Assembly (NCBI GenBank): GCA_964016885.1
Contig: CAXHJY010001738.1
Location: forward strand, 372,001 to 436,000
DNA: 64,000 bases
Direction of reading: 5' to 3'
From: Eledone cirrhosa
Taxonomy: Eukaryota
Under the pieces are notes generated by a model. That model had not been told where the DNA came from, made no database searches, and was given only the letters and a program-made list of their open reading frames with translations. The stretch's first letter is position 1, and each line of letters begins with the position of its first letter. Below, in pieces: positions 53,676 to 64,000 of the stretch. The translations under genes and the position numbers were made by a program.

Positions 53676-53820
53676 AGGATTAGAATACTGGAGCGTGTTC
53701 GAGTCAAACACCCTCTTCATATTATAGAAATGACAGTAAAAGGTATAGCTCAATGCAGTTAAACAGAGCCGAAAAATTAAGAGAGTAAAACAAAGAATCC
53801 TTTAAAACATCAAAAGTTTT

Positions 53821-53868
53821 TATTAGCCGACAATGTTTCGTCCTATTAAGGACTCATCAGGGCAATCA
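53821..53868 (-). ncRNA. Minimal type I hammerhead ribozyme
   Basis: Reverse complement of 58212-58260. Confidence 0.88.
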
Positions 53869-54193
53869 AAACAACAAGAGGTAATTTCGGCAGATACAAG
53901 CCAGAAACTCTGAAGAATATGGAGTTTACATACACTAATGTCTTACAAAGATATACTATAATAAAAATGAAGATAAAAATAATAAAATTATAATAACTAA
54001 GGATGTAGATAACATTAAGAACCATATTACAAATATAGTCCAAAGTCACCAACTTAAATCTAAACAAATTTGGTTATATAGAGCAGGAATTATATATAAC
54101 ACAGTATAATACATTATAATAATAATATATCTATACCAACACTGAAATTCCAAATCAAAAATCAAAAGGTACAATATATACATGTATATATGT

Positions 54194-54231
<38 letters not shown>

Positions 54232-55715
54232 TACAATACACATATCTATTTTCTATTACACAGAAATTAAGCCCTATTGGAAGTTTGAACATCAAAAATA
54301 TCAAAAATAAGCATGGTAATAGTGAAAATAATGCCAACACATCTACTCAATATACATGAGGCAATAATTACAAGAAACACTTATAAGAAATAATAAACAA
54401 CAAAATTATATAATACAATACAATATAATAAAATAGAATATATATATAATCTCCGGTTAATTTACAGAAACAATATAGATGTCACAGTGAAATACAATGA
54501 TAAATTGTTAACATTATATTAACAATTACCATAAGCAATATGTACAACATGATTCATACTGGGTTACATAATAAATGGGGAAATATCCATCATATAATAT
54601 AATACAATAATACTAAAAAAAAACTATATTGGTACAGGGAACAATTATGATGTTACAGAAAAAATATGTTGTTACAGAAAAAATATAGACATCTAACATG
54701 ATATGTAAAGTCTAAATACCATAATGTTACATATTAAAATATTAAAAATATAAAGTTTAACTATCTTAATGTTATATATAATAAACGGTAAGTAATAAGG
54801 ATCTATATCATAATGTAATATATTTTAAAAATTGGCATATAATATATAAATAAATACTTATAATTTCAAGGTTAGTAGACAGACATGTGTGGATGAGTGA
54901 ACGAAGCCAGACAGTGAGTGGTAAATAAAACAGATAAATACAATCAACCGGAAATTACAAAACTAAGCAAATGTGTACACACTTAGGCCTCACGTGCATT
55001 AAGAAATTTGGTAAACACCAAGGAAAACGATCATTTTAAATGACTCCAAACCCTATCTGATACATTAATATTAAAAATATCAAACCCGTCCGATAAGGTA
55101 GTATAAAATTAGCTATAGTCTAAGTCATTAAAGTATATAAACTTTAATGTATCGTTACAAATGTTTACAAAAAGGAATAAAATTACACTATCATACACGC
55201 AACGATATCTAAAAAACTGACTTAAGTAGAGTTAAGGTAGGCTAATGGGGACAGAATTGGCAAAATATATGGAGGGTGCGAAGTGGCATAAAATATATTC
55301 GATATACTATAATAAATAATAGAACAGAGCATAAAAGAGGGGGGGGGGTTAATATAATCATATTCAATCTAGAGGGGTTGACAATAAGTTTATGCGTGCA
55401 TGGGGGGGAGAAGGGGGGGGGGGTCGATAGATAAATCAGAATAGACTTAGAAATAAAAATAAATAGAATTAAAAATAAAAATAAAAATAATGTTAAAATT
55501 AAAAATTAAAGTTAATGATAATAAAAGAATATATAAAGATAATAACGTGTGTAATCTTATTTATACTAACAAGGTGTAATAGTGAAGACATAGATATGGT
55601 ACAGTGGCCAAATGATTATGAGAGCTAGAATGAAGAGTCATCAAAAACCAATGGTAACAATAGTGTTGGCAAACAAAAGAACCCAAACAAAAAACTAAGT
55701 AATGGAATATATCTG

Positions 55716-56117
55716 CTAATGGGTACGATTTGTACTACTAGAACATTTGGGTTTATAGTAAAAGTAAGAATTAGAAATTGCATGGGGGCAAGAAGAGAAT
55801 ATCTCAGACTTTCTATTCAGTAAGGGTACGCTAGAGAAAATAATAGAGTGTGTCTCAAGTATACAGAGATTACAAAACTTACTATGTGCAGAAAGGTGGT
55901 TAGATCGTGCTACTAAACTCCAGTTAAGGCTATATGGTATACAAGCTCCCTTAAGATCCCAGATATAATGCGCTAGAGAGGTAGAATTCTTAAACCTAAT
56001 ATGTTTGAAGTTAGAGATATGAGAGTTAAACCTAGTCTTGAAAGTGTTTGAAGTAGATCCTATATATGTTCCTTTAGAGGAATTAGTTATAACCTCACAA
56101 GCATAGACAATGTTCTT
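55716..56117 (-). pseudogene. PLE GIY-YIG domain fragment (not in ORF track)
   Basis: KNIVYACEVITNSSKGTYIGSTSNTFKTRFNSH...TSLAHYIWDLK...CNLCILE...LLNRKSEIFSSCPH. Confidence 0.9.
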
Positions 56118-58211
56118 ACGGGAGCTTGTATACCATATAGCCTTAACTGGAGTTTAGTAGCACGATCTAACCACCTTTCTGCACATAGTAAGTTTTGTAA
56201 TCTCTGTATACTTGAGACACACTCTATTATTTTCTCTAGCGTACCCTTACTGAATAGAAAGTCTGAGATATTCTCTTCTTGCCCCCATGCAATTTCTAAT
56301 TCTTACTTTTACTATAAACCCAAATGTTCTAGTAGTACAAATTGTACCCATTAGCAGATATATTCCATTACTTAGTTTTTTGTTTGGGTTCTTTTGTTTG
56401 CCAACACTATTGTTGCCATTGGTTTTTGATAACTCTTCATTCTAGCTCTCATAATCATTTGGCCACTGTACCATATCTATGTCTTCACTATTACACCTTG
56501 TTAGTATAAATAAGATTACACACGTTATTATCTTTATATATTCTTTTATTATCATTAACTTTAATTTTTAATTTTAACATTATTTTTATTTTTAATTCTA
56601 TTTATTTTTATTTCTAAGTCTATTCTGATTTATCTATCGAACCCCCCCCCCTTCTCCCCCCCCCCCCATGCACGCATAAACTTATTGTCAACCCCTCTAG
56701 ATTGAATATGATTATATTAAACCCCCCCTCTTTTATGCTCTGTTCTATTATTTATTATAGTATATCGAATATATTTTATGCCACTTCGCACCCTCCATAT
56801 ATTTTGCCAATTCTGTCCCCATTAGCCTACCTTAACTCTACTTAAGTCAGTTTTTTAGATATCGTTGCGTGTATGATAGTGTAATTTTATTCCTTTTTGT
56901 AAACATTTGTAACGATACATTAAAGTTTATATACTTTAATGACTTAGACTATAGCTAATTTTATACTACCTTATCGGACGGGTTTGATATTTTTAATATT
57001 AATGTATCAGATAGGGTTTGGAGTCATTTAAAATGATCGTTTTCCTTGGTGTTTACCAAATTTCTTAATGCACGTGAGGCCTAAGTGTGTACACATTTGC
57101 TTAGTTTTGTAATTTCCGGTTGATTGTATTTATCTGTTTTATTTACCACTCACTGTCTGGCTTCGTTCACTCATCCACACATGTCTGTCTACTAACCTTG
57201 AAATTATAAGTATTTATTTATATATTATATGCCAATTTTTAAAATATATTACATTATGATATAGATCCTTATTACTTACCGTTTATTATATATAACATTA
57301 AGATAGTTAAACTTTATATTTTTAATATTTTAATATTTTAATATTGTAATATGTAACATTATGGTATTTAGACTTTACATATCATGTTAGATGTCTATAT
57401 TTTTTCTGTAACAACATATTTTTTCTGTAACATCATAATTGTTCCCTGTACCAATATAGTTTTTTTTAGTATTATTGTATTATATTATATGATGGATATT
57501 TCCCCATTTATTATGTAACCCAGTATGAATCATGTTGTACATATTGCTTATGGTAATTGTTAATATAATGTTAACAATTTATCATTGTATTTCACTGTGA
57601 CATCTATATTGTTTCTGTAAATTAACCGGAGATTATATATATATTCTATTTTATTATATTGTATTGTATTATATAATTTTGTTGTTTATTATTTCTTATA
57701 AGTGTTTCTTGTAATTATTGCCTCATGTATATTGAGTAGATGTGTTGGCATTATTTTCACTATTACCATGCTTATTTTTGATATTTTTGATGTTCAAACT
57801 TCCAATAGGGCTTAATTTCTGTGTAATAGAAAATAGATATGTGTATTGTAATATGTGTGTGTGTGTGTGTGTGTATGTGTGTGCGCACATATATACATGT
57901 ATATATTGTACCTTTTGATTTTTGATTTGGAATTTCAGTGTTGGTATAGATATATTATTATTATAATGTATTATACTGTGTTATATATAATTCCTGCTCT
58001 ATATAACCAAATTTGTTTAGATTTAAGTTGGTGACTTTGGACTATATTTGTAATATGGTTCTTAATGTTATCTACATCCTTAGTTATTATAATTTTATTA
58101 TTTTTATCTTCATTTTTATTATAGTATATCTTTGTAAGACATTAGTGTATGTAAACTCCATATTCTTCAGAGTTTCTGGCTTGTATCTGCCGAAATTACC
58201 TCTTGTTGTTT

Positions 58212-58260
58212 TGATTGCCCTGATGAGTCCTTAATAGGACGAAACATTGTCGGCTAATAA
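58212..58260 (+). ncRNA. Minimal type I hammerhead ribozyme
   Basis: ATTGCC-CTGATGA-GTCC-TTAATA-GGAC-GAAA-CATTG-TC-GGCTAAT; canonical core and GUC site. Confidence 0.88.
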
Positions 58261-58441
58261 AAACTTTTGATGTTTTAAAGGATTCTTTGTTTTACTCTCT
58301 TAATTATATATATATATACACATATATATATACATACATATATATATACACACATATATATATATACACACATATATATATATACACACATATATATATA
58401 TACACACATATATATATATACATATATATATATATACACAC

Positions 58442-58472
<31 letters not shown>

Positions 58473-58575
58473 CATATATATATACACATATATATATATA
58501 TATATACACATATATATATATATACACACATATATATATACACATATATATATATACACATATATATATATACAC

Positions 58576-58638
<63 letters not shown>

Positions 58639-58721
58639 CACACATATATATATACACATATATATATATACACATATATATATATACACATATATATATA
58701 TACACATATATATATATACAC

Positions 58722-58800
<79 letters not shown>

Positions 58801-58914
58801 CATATATATATATACATATATATATACATATATATATATACATATATATATATACATATATATATATACATATATATATATACATATATATACATATATA
58901 TACATATATATATA

Positions 58915-59407
58915 GAGAGAGAGAAAATTGAGGTTGGTAATGGCACATGGAATATATAAGAGACAGAATACTTTTTTGTGAAAAAACATATAATTTTATA
59001 AGGTAAGGAAATAATAAAGGGTATAAAAAATGACCGGTTTCGATGGGTCTGCAAAAGCCATCTTTTCAAATGTTGATTAATATTAAGAAAAATGAATAAG
59101 AAGAGTTAAAATTTGAGAGTTGAAAATTCAAGTATAGAATTCATTGTGGGATTTCATAGTAGTTTTCATCTTGGTAGCAGCTCGTTGACTGCTTCTGGTA
59201 GTGAATGAGAAGTTATTTGGGGTGTGGGTTATTTTATAAAGGTCAAATTTAGCAATGGCCAGATGGCCAGCTGCTGGTCAGTGAGGGGGTGGAAGCAATA
59301 TACATACATATATCTTCCTGTGCTCGGTAGGAGAGGGGAGATTGATAGAAAGGGATTTAGTGCACTTACACCTATATATACACACATAACTTCATCCACA
59401 CATACAT

Positions 59408-59448
<41 letters not shown>

Positions 59449-60182
59449 CACACATACATACATACACACATACATATACCAAAACTAAACGGGTTCTCAC
59501 CCCAATAGAATTGTCATAAAATATAAACACACATACGCACGGAGTGACAAATATATGTGTGTGTAGGTGTGCATGTATATAATTATCACCACTATTAAAG
59601 ACCAGAGACCAATTCTGTAGAATCAGGTTTATTCGTTGACAGACCATGCCTTTGTGTGACCAACACATCCATGTTAAACCCTGCACGTGCACACACATAT
59701 ATCTATATATATATATGCGCACACAGAATTCACCACTGTCGGTTGCGGGGCCCAATCTACATGAAGAACTCAATGTGATCAGAATGACTTGTATTTTAAT
59801 TTCACTGTCCTAACTTCTTATATTATGGAAACAATATATGTGTATGTATGTATATATATATATTTGGAGGCCATTTCTCTGTGTGTGGGTGTATGTATGT
59901 GTATATATGTGTGTGTGTGTGTATGTGTGTGCATGTGGATGTATGTATTGTGTGTGCGTGTGTCTGTGTGTGTGTATCTGGATGTATGCGTATGTGTATA
60001 TATACATGTGTGTGTGTGTGTATATATATATGTGTGTGTGTGTGTATGTATGTATGTGTATCTGGATGTATGTGTATGTATATATATGTGTGTGTGTGAG
60101 TATATATATATATATATATGTGTGTGTATGTGCATATATGTGTGTGTGTATGTATATGTATGTGTGTGTGTATGTATGTGGG

Positions 60183-60221
<39 letters not shown>

Positions 60222-60752
60222 ATGTATGTGTGGATGAAGGTATGTGTGTATATATAGGTGTAAGTGCACTAAATCCCTTTCTATCAATCTCCCCTCTCCT
60301 ACCGAGCACAGGAAGATATATGTATGTATATTGCTTCCACCCCCTCACTGACCAGCAGCTGGCCATCTGGCCATTGCTAAATTTGACCTTTATAAAATAA
60401 CCCACACCCCAAATAACTTCTCATTCACTACCAGAAGCAGTCAACGAGCTGCTACCAAGATGAAAACTACTATGAAATCCCACAATGAATTCTATACTTG
60501 AATTTTCAAATCTCAAATTTTAACTCTTCTTATTATTAATTTTTCTTAATATTAATCAACATTTGAAAAGATGATGGCTTTTGCAGACCCATCGAAACCG
60601 GTCATTTTTTATACCCTTTATTATTTCCTTACCTTATAAAATTATATGTTTTTTCACAAAAAAGTATTCTGTCTCTTATATATTCCATGTGCCATTACCA
60701 ACCTCAATTTTCTCTATAACCTTCGTTTTGTGTAGTAAATTACACTTTTCAT
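58915..60752. mobile_element. Fold-back insertion; arms about 58915-59470 and 60170-60718, with HHR-like motifs
   Basis: About 550-bp reverse-complement match; TTGAAAA-GATGG...CCATC-GAAA-CCGG-TC in each arm. Confidence 0.88.
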
Positions 60753-60973
60753 ATATATATATATACATATATATATATACATATAGCAGTTCTCTGGCTA
60801 CAACCAAAGAGACAGAGTCAGAGTATACGAAGGAGCCATGGAAAAGTATAAGACCCTCATAGAACTGGACATGAAAGGAATCTGCCCACTATACAGGAGC
60901 AAATCATGGAATAGCTTAGATAGGGCTAGGGAAGGCCACATCATGGTACGACAACCAGAGATATCAGAGTGTC

Positions 60974-61528
60974 ATGTTTGTGGACGCCACCCCTGGAGGG
61001 AAGTTAGCTAACCAGTGTAGAAAGGCCCTGAGAAAGACCCACTTAAAAATAAAAGTGGTAGAAAAGCCAGGAACCACCATAAAATCCCTGATCAGCAAAA
61101 CCTACCCTTTTAAGAAAACCCACTGTACCAATAGGAAGTGTATCATATGTAAGGTGAACCCCCGGATAAACTGTAAAACTAGAAACGTAGTCTATAGCAT
61201 AAAATGTACAGAGGGTACTTGCAGAAACATGACAACAACATACATAGGTGAGACAGCTCGTAGCATAGGTGAAAGGATAGACCAACACTGGGGGGAACTA
61301 AAAGGACGAAAAAACGGGTCAGTACTATACGAACATGCTAGACAACAACATGACGGTAACATAGACAACATAGAAATTAGAATAATATCTAAACATAGGA
61401 ATGACCCAGCAGATAGGCAAATCAGAGAGGCCAGTGAAATAGAAATTAGAAGACCAAAGCTAAACAGAAAGAATGAGTGGAACAACAACAACACCCAAAC
61501 AAACAACACTGACCTAAGAGAAGTATAA
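60974..61528 (+). pseudogene. PLE GIY-YIG endonuclease fragment (upstream pLTR)
   Basis: MFVDATPGGKL, CTNRKCIIC...NCKTRNVVYSIKC...YIGETARSIGER...H, RQIREA...PKLNRKNEW. Confidence 0.92.
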
Positions 61529-61806
61529 ATAAGTAAATAAAATTAAATAAAATAAGATAAATAAATACATACACAAGCACAATAACAACAAGCACATAAA
61601 CACACACTAGTCACCCAGCAGACACAACACTATACACACTAGTCACACATCACACATAACACTATACACACACGCAAACGCATGCGCAAAGAAGACAAAA
61701 TAAAATAAGATAAACAAACAAGCAAATAAATAAATAAATATATAGACAGACTGAACAAAAAAAAATGGCGTAGACATACAACACAACAGGAGGAACAATG
61801 AATATA

Positions 61807-61850
61807 ACACCACTGACGATGTTGCAGATGTGCAACGAAAGATTTATGTA
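61807..61850 (+). ncRNA. Minimal type I hammerhead ribozyme
   Basis: CTGACGA-T-GTTGCA-GATG-TGCAAC-GAAA-GATT-TA; stem I weak. Confidence 0.7.
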
Positions 61851-62043
61851 AATTATGTAAACTATATATATATGTGTGTTTGTGTCTATATTGTATCTGT
61901 ATTATTTTTGACCGCCGGTCAGTCAATGGCAACATTGAGGACCGAGTAAGTTAGATCGCAGATATAATAAAAGACAGCGAGAAGCGAAAACCAACCAAAC
62001 AGTGAGTGTGTTCTGTTATTAATTCTGGCAATATTACGCAAAT

Positions 62044-64000
62044 ATGACCCTCCCCAGGTGTAACAATATCTGTTTCGACACACGATTTCATATAAAAAAC
62101 CTCGCAAAACTAATTCATCGCCGCTACGGCATTAGCTTGTGCCAAGCTGAAAGGTTACTGAAAGACACTGTTTTCTGTTATATAAAAACTACAATAACAA
62201 CAGAACAAATCCGCTTCTTAAAACACTGTGTTTCCTCCAAAACATACACAACAAACATATCAAAACAAGTAAATAATTTATTATTGAACAAAACACAAGC
62301 CGAACGGCTAAAACACACAATAACAGTTAATATGAAAAGAACAACATACACAAAAGTCAACGCACTCTACAGACAAAAACGCATCAACGGTAAGGAAATC
62401 CGAAATCTCATCACAGCAAACGAGAGAGACGACTTCATGAGCGTCATCCGACGCGAAACGAAATATGCTCAAAATGAATGCTGTAAGCATTTCAAGAAGA
62501 AATTAGAATGGATGAATAAGAAAAAACTACAAGAAAGGAAAATCGAATATTCTCAAAAATACCCAGATAACATCGACAATATCCGTATGAGTGATGTAAA
62601 ACTACCGGAAGAATTTACCAATGACCACACAGTAAATATCTATGGGAACACTTTAATCAGTGAACAAGAACAACAAATCCTAAGGTTACCACCAAAATTT
62701 GCCATCTACAAAAAGATTAACCCTATGGAATGCAAAACAGAGCTGGAAAAGTGTTTCACAAAAATACGTTGGAATGCAAAGGTAAACAACAACAACAATA
62801 ATAACGGTAGTAATAATATAAACAATAACTCTGGGTATAGAAATAACAGCCATAACCATAACAATGGCAGCAAAGTGAGAAATAGTGATAATGGTAATAA
62901 TACTAGCGATAGACGGAACAACAACAACCACAATAATAATAATAATAGAAACGTTAACCACAGACACAGCAACAGTGACCACAGTAGTAATAACGGTAAC
63001 AATACGAACAACAACAACAATAACCACAGTGGTAATAATGGAAATAGTACATGTAGCAACATCAACAAAAACAAGAAACATAATAATAGTAACAACCACA
63101 ATGGTAGAAATAGCAGTAACAACAACAACAATAACAGTGAAGTAAACAACAATACATCTAGCAATCATAACAATAATAATAATAATACTAATGATAGAAA
63201 CAACAACAACCACCATGATAACAATAATAGCAACACACACAACTATGACGATAGAAATAACGACAACCCCTTAGAGAAACTATTTTTCAACCCAGCTGAC
63301 AAAACATATAAGATGGGTAATATCTATCCTACGAGGTTACCCTTTAATAAAAGAGTTTGCATACCACAGCAAATAGATGACGAGACGGAGGCACAGTTCA
63401 CCATAGCTAGAAATAAGATTAGACAGGTAGTAGACAGGTACACTATGAGACAGAGCAGACCAGAGGCCCAACAACTTGGGAGAAAACCTGTAGAAGGCTT
63501 GGTTAGCCTCAAGCAGCGCACAAGGGATGGTGAGGTAGTGTGTCTACCCACAGATAAGTCTGGTAGGATGTCAATAGATAGCATGCCGAACTACATCGAG
63601 GCAATGCAACCCCACATCACCAACACGAGCGAAGTTGCACAACTAACACACGATGGGAGAGAAAAAATCCTCAACGCTCACATGATGATGTGGACTGACA
63701 TCCTAAAGCCAAGCAGACGCACTGCCAACAACTTCCAGGCGTCTAACAATGGCATACCACCCTTGTATGGGCTCCGCAAAGACCACAAGACAGTCGACGA
63801 CCCGACAACAGGACCACCAACAAGACCCGTATGCGGAGCTAATATAGCTAGCAACTACAGGATCTCCTACTTCCTCTCAATGGTTATACGCCCCATAATC
63901 AAGATGTCCCCAGATGTATGTGAAAGTACAGAGGACCTCCTCAGCAGAATCAGTGAGTGCAACAAAAACAGGAGCCTATCCAACTGCATAATAGGCAGCA
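62044..64000 (+). CDS. PLE polyprotein, N-terminal part into RT (partial, 652 codons without a stop)
   Basis: Manual translation: MTLPRCNNICFDTRFHIKNL...LRLPPKFAI...KIRW, Asn-rich insert, VCLPTDKSGRM...PLYGLRKDHK...PPTRPVCGA...STEDLL...IIGS. Confidence 0.9.
   Translation, partial: MTLPRCNNICFDTRFHIKNLAKLIHRRYGISLCQAERLLKDTVFCYIKTTITTEQIRFLKHCVSSKTYTTNISKQVNNLLLNKTQAERLKHTITVNMKRTTYTKVNALYRQKRINGKEIRNLITANERDDFMSVIRRETKYAQNECCKHFKKKLEWMNKKKLQERKIEYSQKYPDNIDNIRMSDVKLPEEFTNDHTVNIYGNTLISEQEQQILRLPPKFAIYKKINPMECKTELEKCFTKIRWNAKVNNNNNNNGSNNINNNSGYRNNSHNHNNGSKVRNSDNGNNTSDRRNNNNHNNNNNRNVNHRHSNSDHSSNNGNNTNNNNNNHSGNNGNSTCSNINKNKKHNNSNNHNGRNSSNNNNNNSEVNNNTSSNHNNNNNNTNDRNNNNHHDNNNSNTHNYDDRNNDNPLEKLFFNPADKTYKMGNIYPTRLPFNKRVCIPQQIDDETEAQFTIARNKIRQVVDRYTMRQSRPEAQQLGRKPVEGLVSLKQRTRDGEVVCLPTDKSGRMSIDSMPNYIEAMQPHITNTSEVAQLTHDGREKILNAHMMMWTDILKPSRRTANNFQASNNGIPPLYGLRKDHKTVDDPTTGPPTRPVCGANIASNYRISYFLSMVIRPIIKMSPDVCESTEDLLSRISECNKNRSLSNCIIGS

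Larger units (their letters stand above)
53675..58305. mobile_element. Giant fold-back PLE: about 2.18-kb arms (53775-55950 and 56120-58305) with a 169-bp spacer
   Basis: Arms almost identical in reverse complement; the same 73-aa ORF appears on both strands in the ORF track. Confidence 0.95.
60785..64000 (+). mobile_element. PLE in partial-tandem arrangement: upstream pLTR (GIY-YIG end, UTR, HHR) followed by the ORF; runs off the right edge
   Basis: Domain order matches the established PLE pLTR organisation. Confidence 0.9.

Noticed and set aside
53775-58305. Long inverted repeats as DNA-transposon TIRs
   Set aside because: No transposase; arms consist of PLE coding end, UTR and HHR, and the outer ends are staggered.
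61926-62043. Upstream ATG plus GTAAG/GTGAG donors as a spliced 5' exon
   Set aside because: No convincing acceptor identified, and the ATG at 62044 is supported by the homologous start at 45236.
62686-63240. Hydrophobic minus-strand ORFs as membrane proteins
   Set aside because: Antisense shadows of the Asn-rich tract.

Overview
Eukaryotic, gene-free, repeat-only window; the SINE family and the huge (TA)n/(TACA)n arrays suggest an invertebrate, probably an octopus (inference). It opens with 9 kb of a 22-bp GC-rich minisatellite. The other 55 kb are TA-microsatellite arrays filled with insertions from many Penelope-like element (PLE) families (RT + C-terminal GIY-YIG), plus tRNA-derived SINEs, an RTE-derived non-autonomous element and a CRE-like LINE fragment. 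Most long ORFs in the ORF track are repeat artefacts, while an apparently intact PLE ORF (62044 to the window end) is missing from it. Manual folding shows more than a dozen whole or partial type I hammerhead ribozymes (HHRs), including U3-A8 covariant cores and long stem II forms. Many insertions are fold-back palindromes: each arm points outward through an HHR into a tail that merges with (TA)n, and the two tails end at different points. The standout signal is a U6 snRNA 3' end fused to the exact nucleotide after a predicted HHR cleavage site of a resident family. This suggests RNA ligation (2',3'-cyclic phosphate to 5'-OH) before reverse transcription, and supports a ligated or circular RNA template for these PLEs. 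All folds and alignments were done by eye; coordinates are approximate to a few nt.
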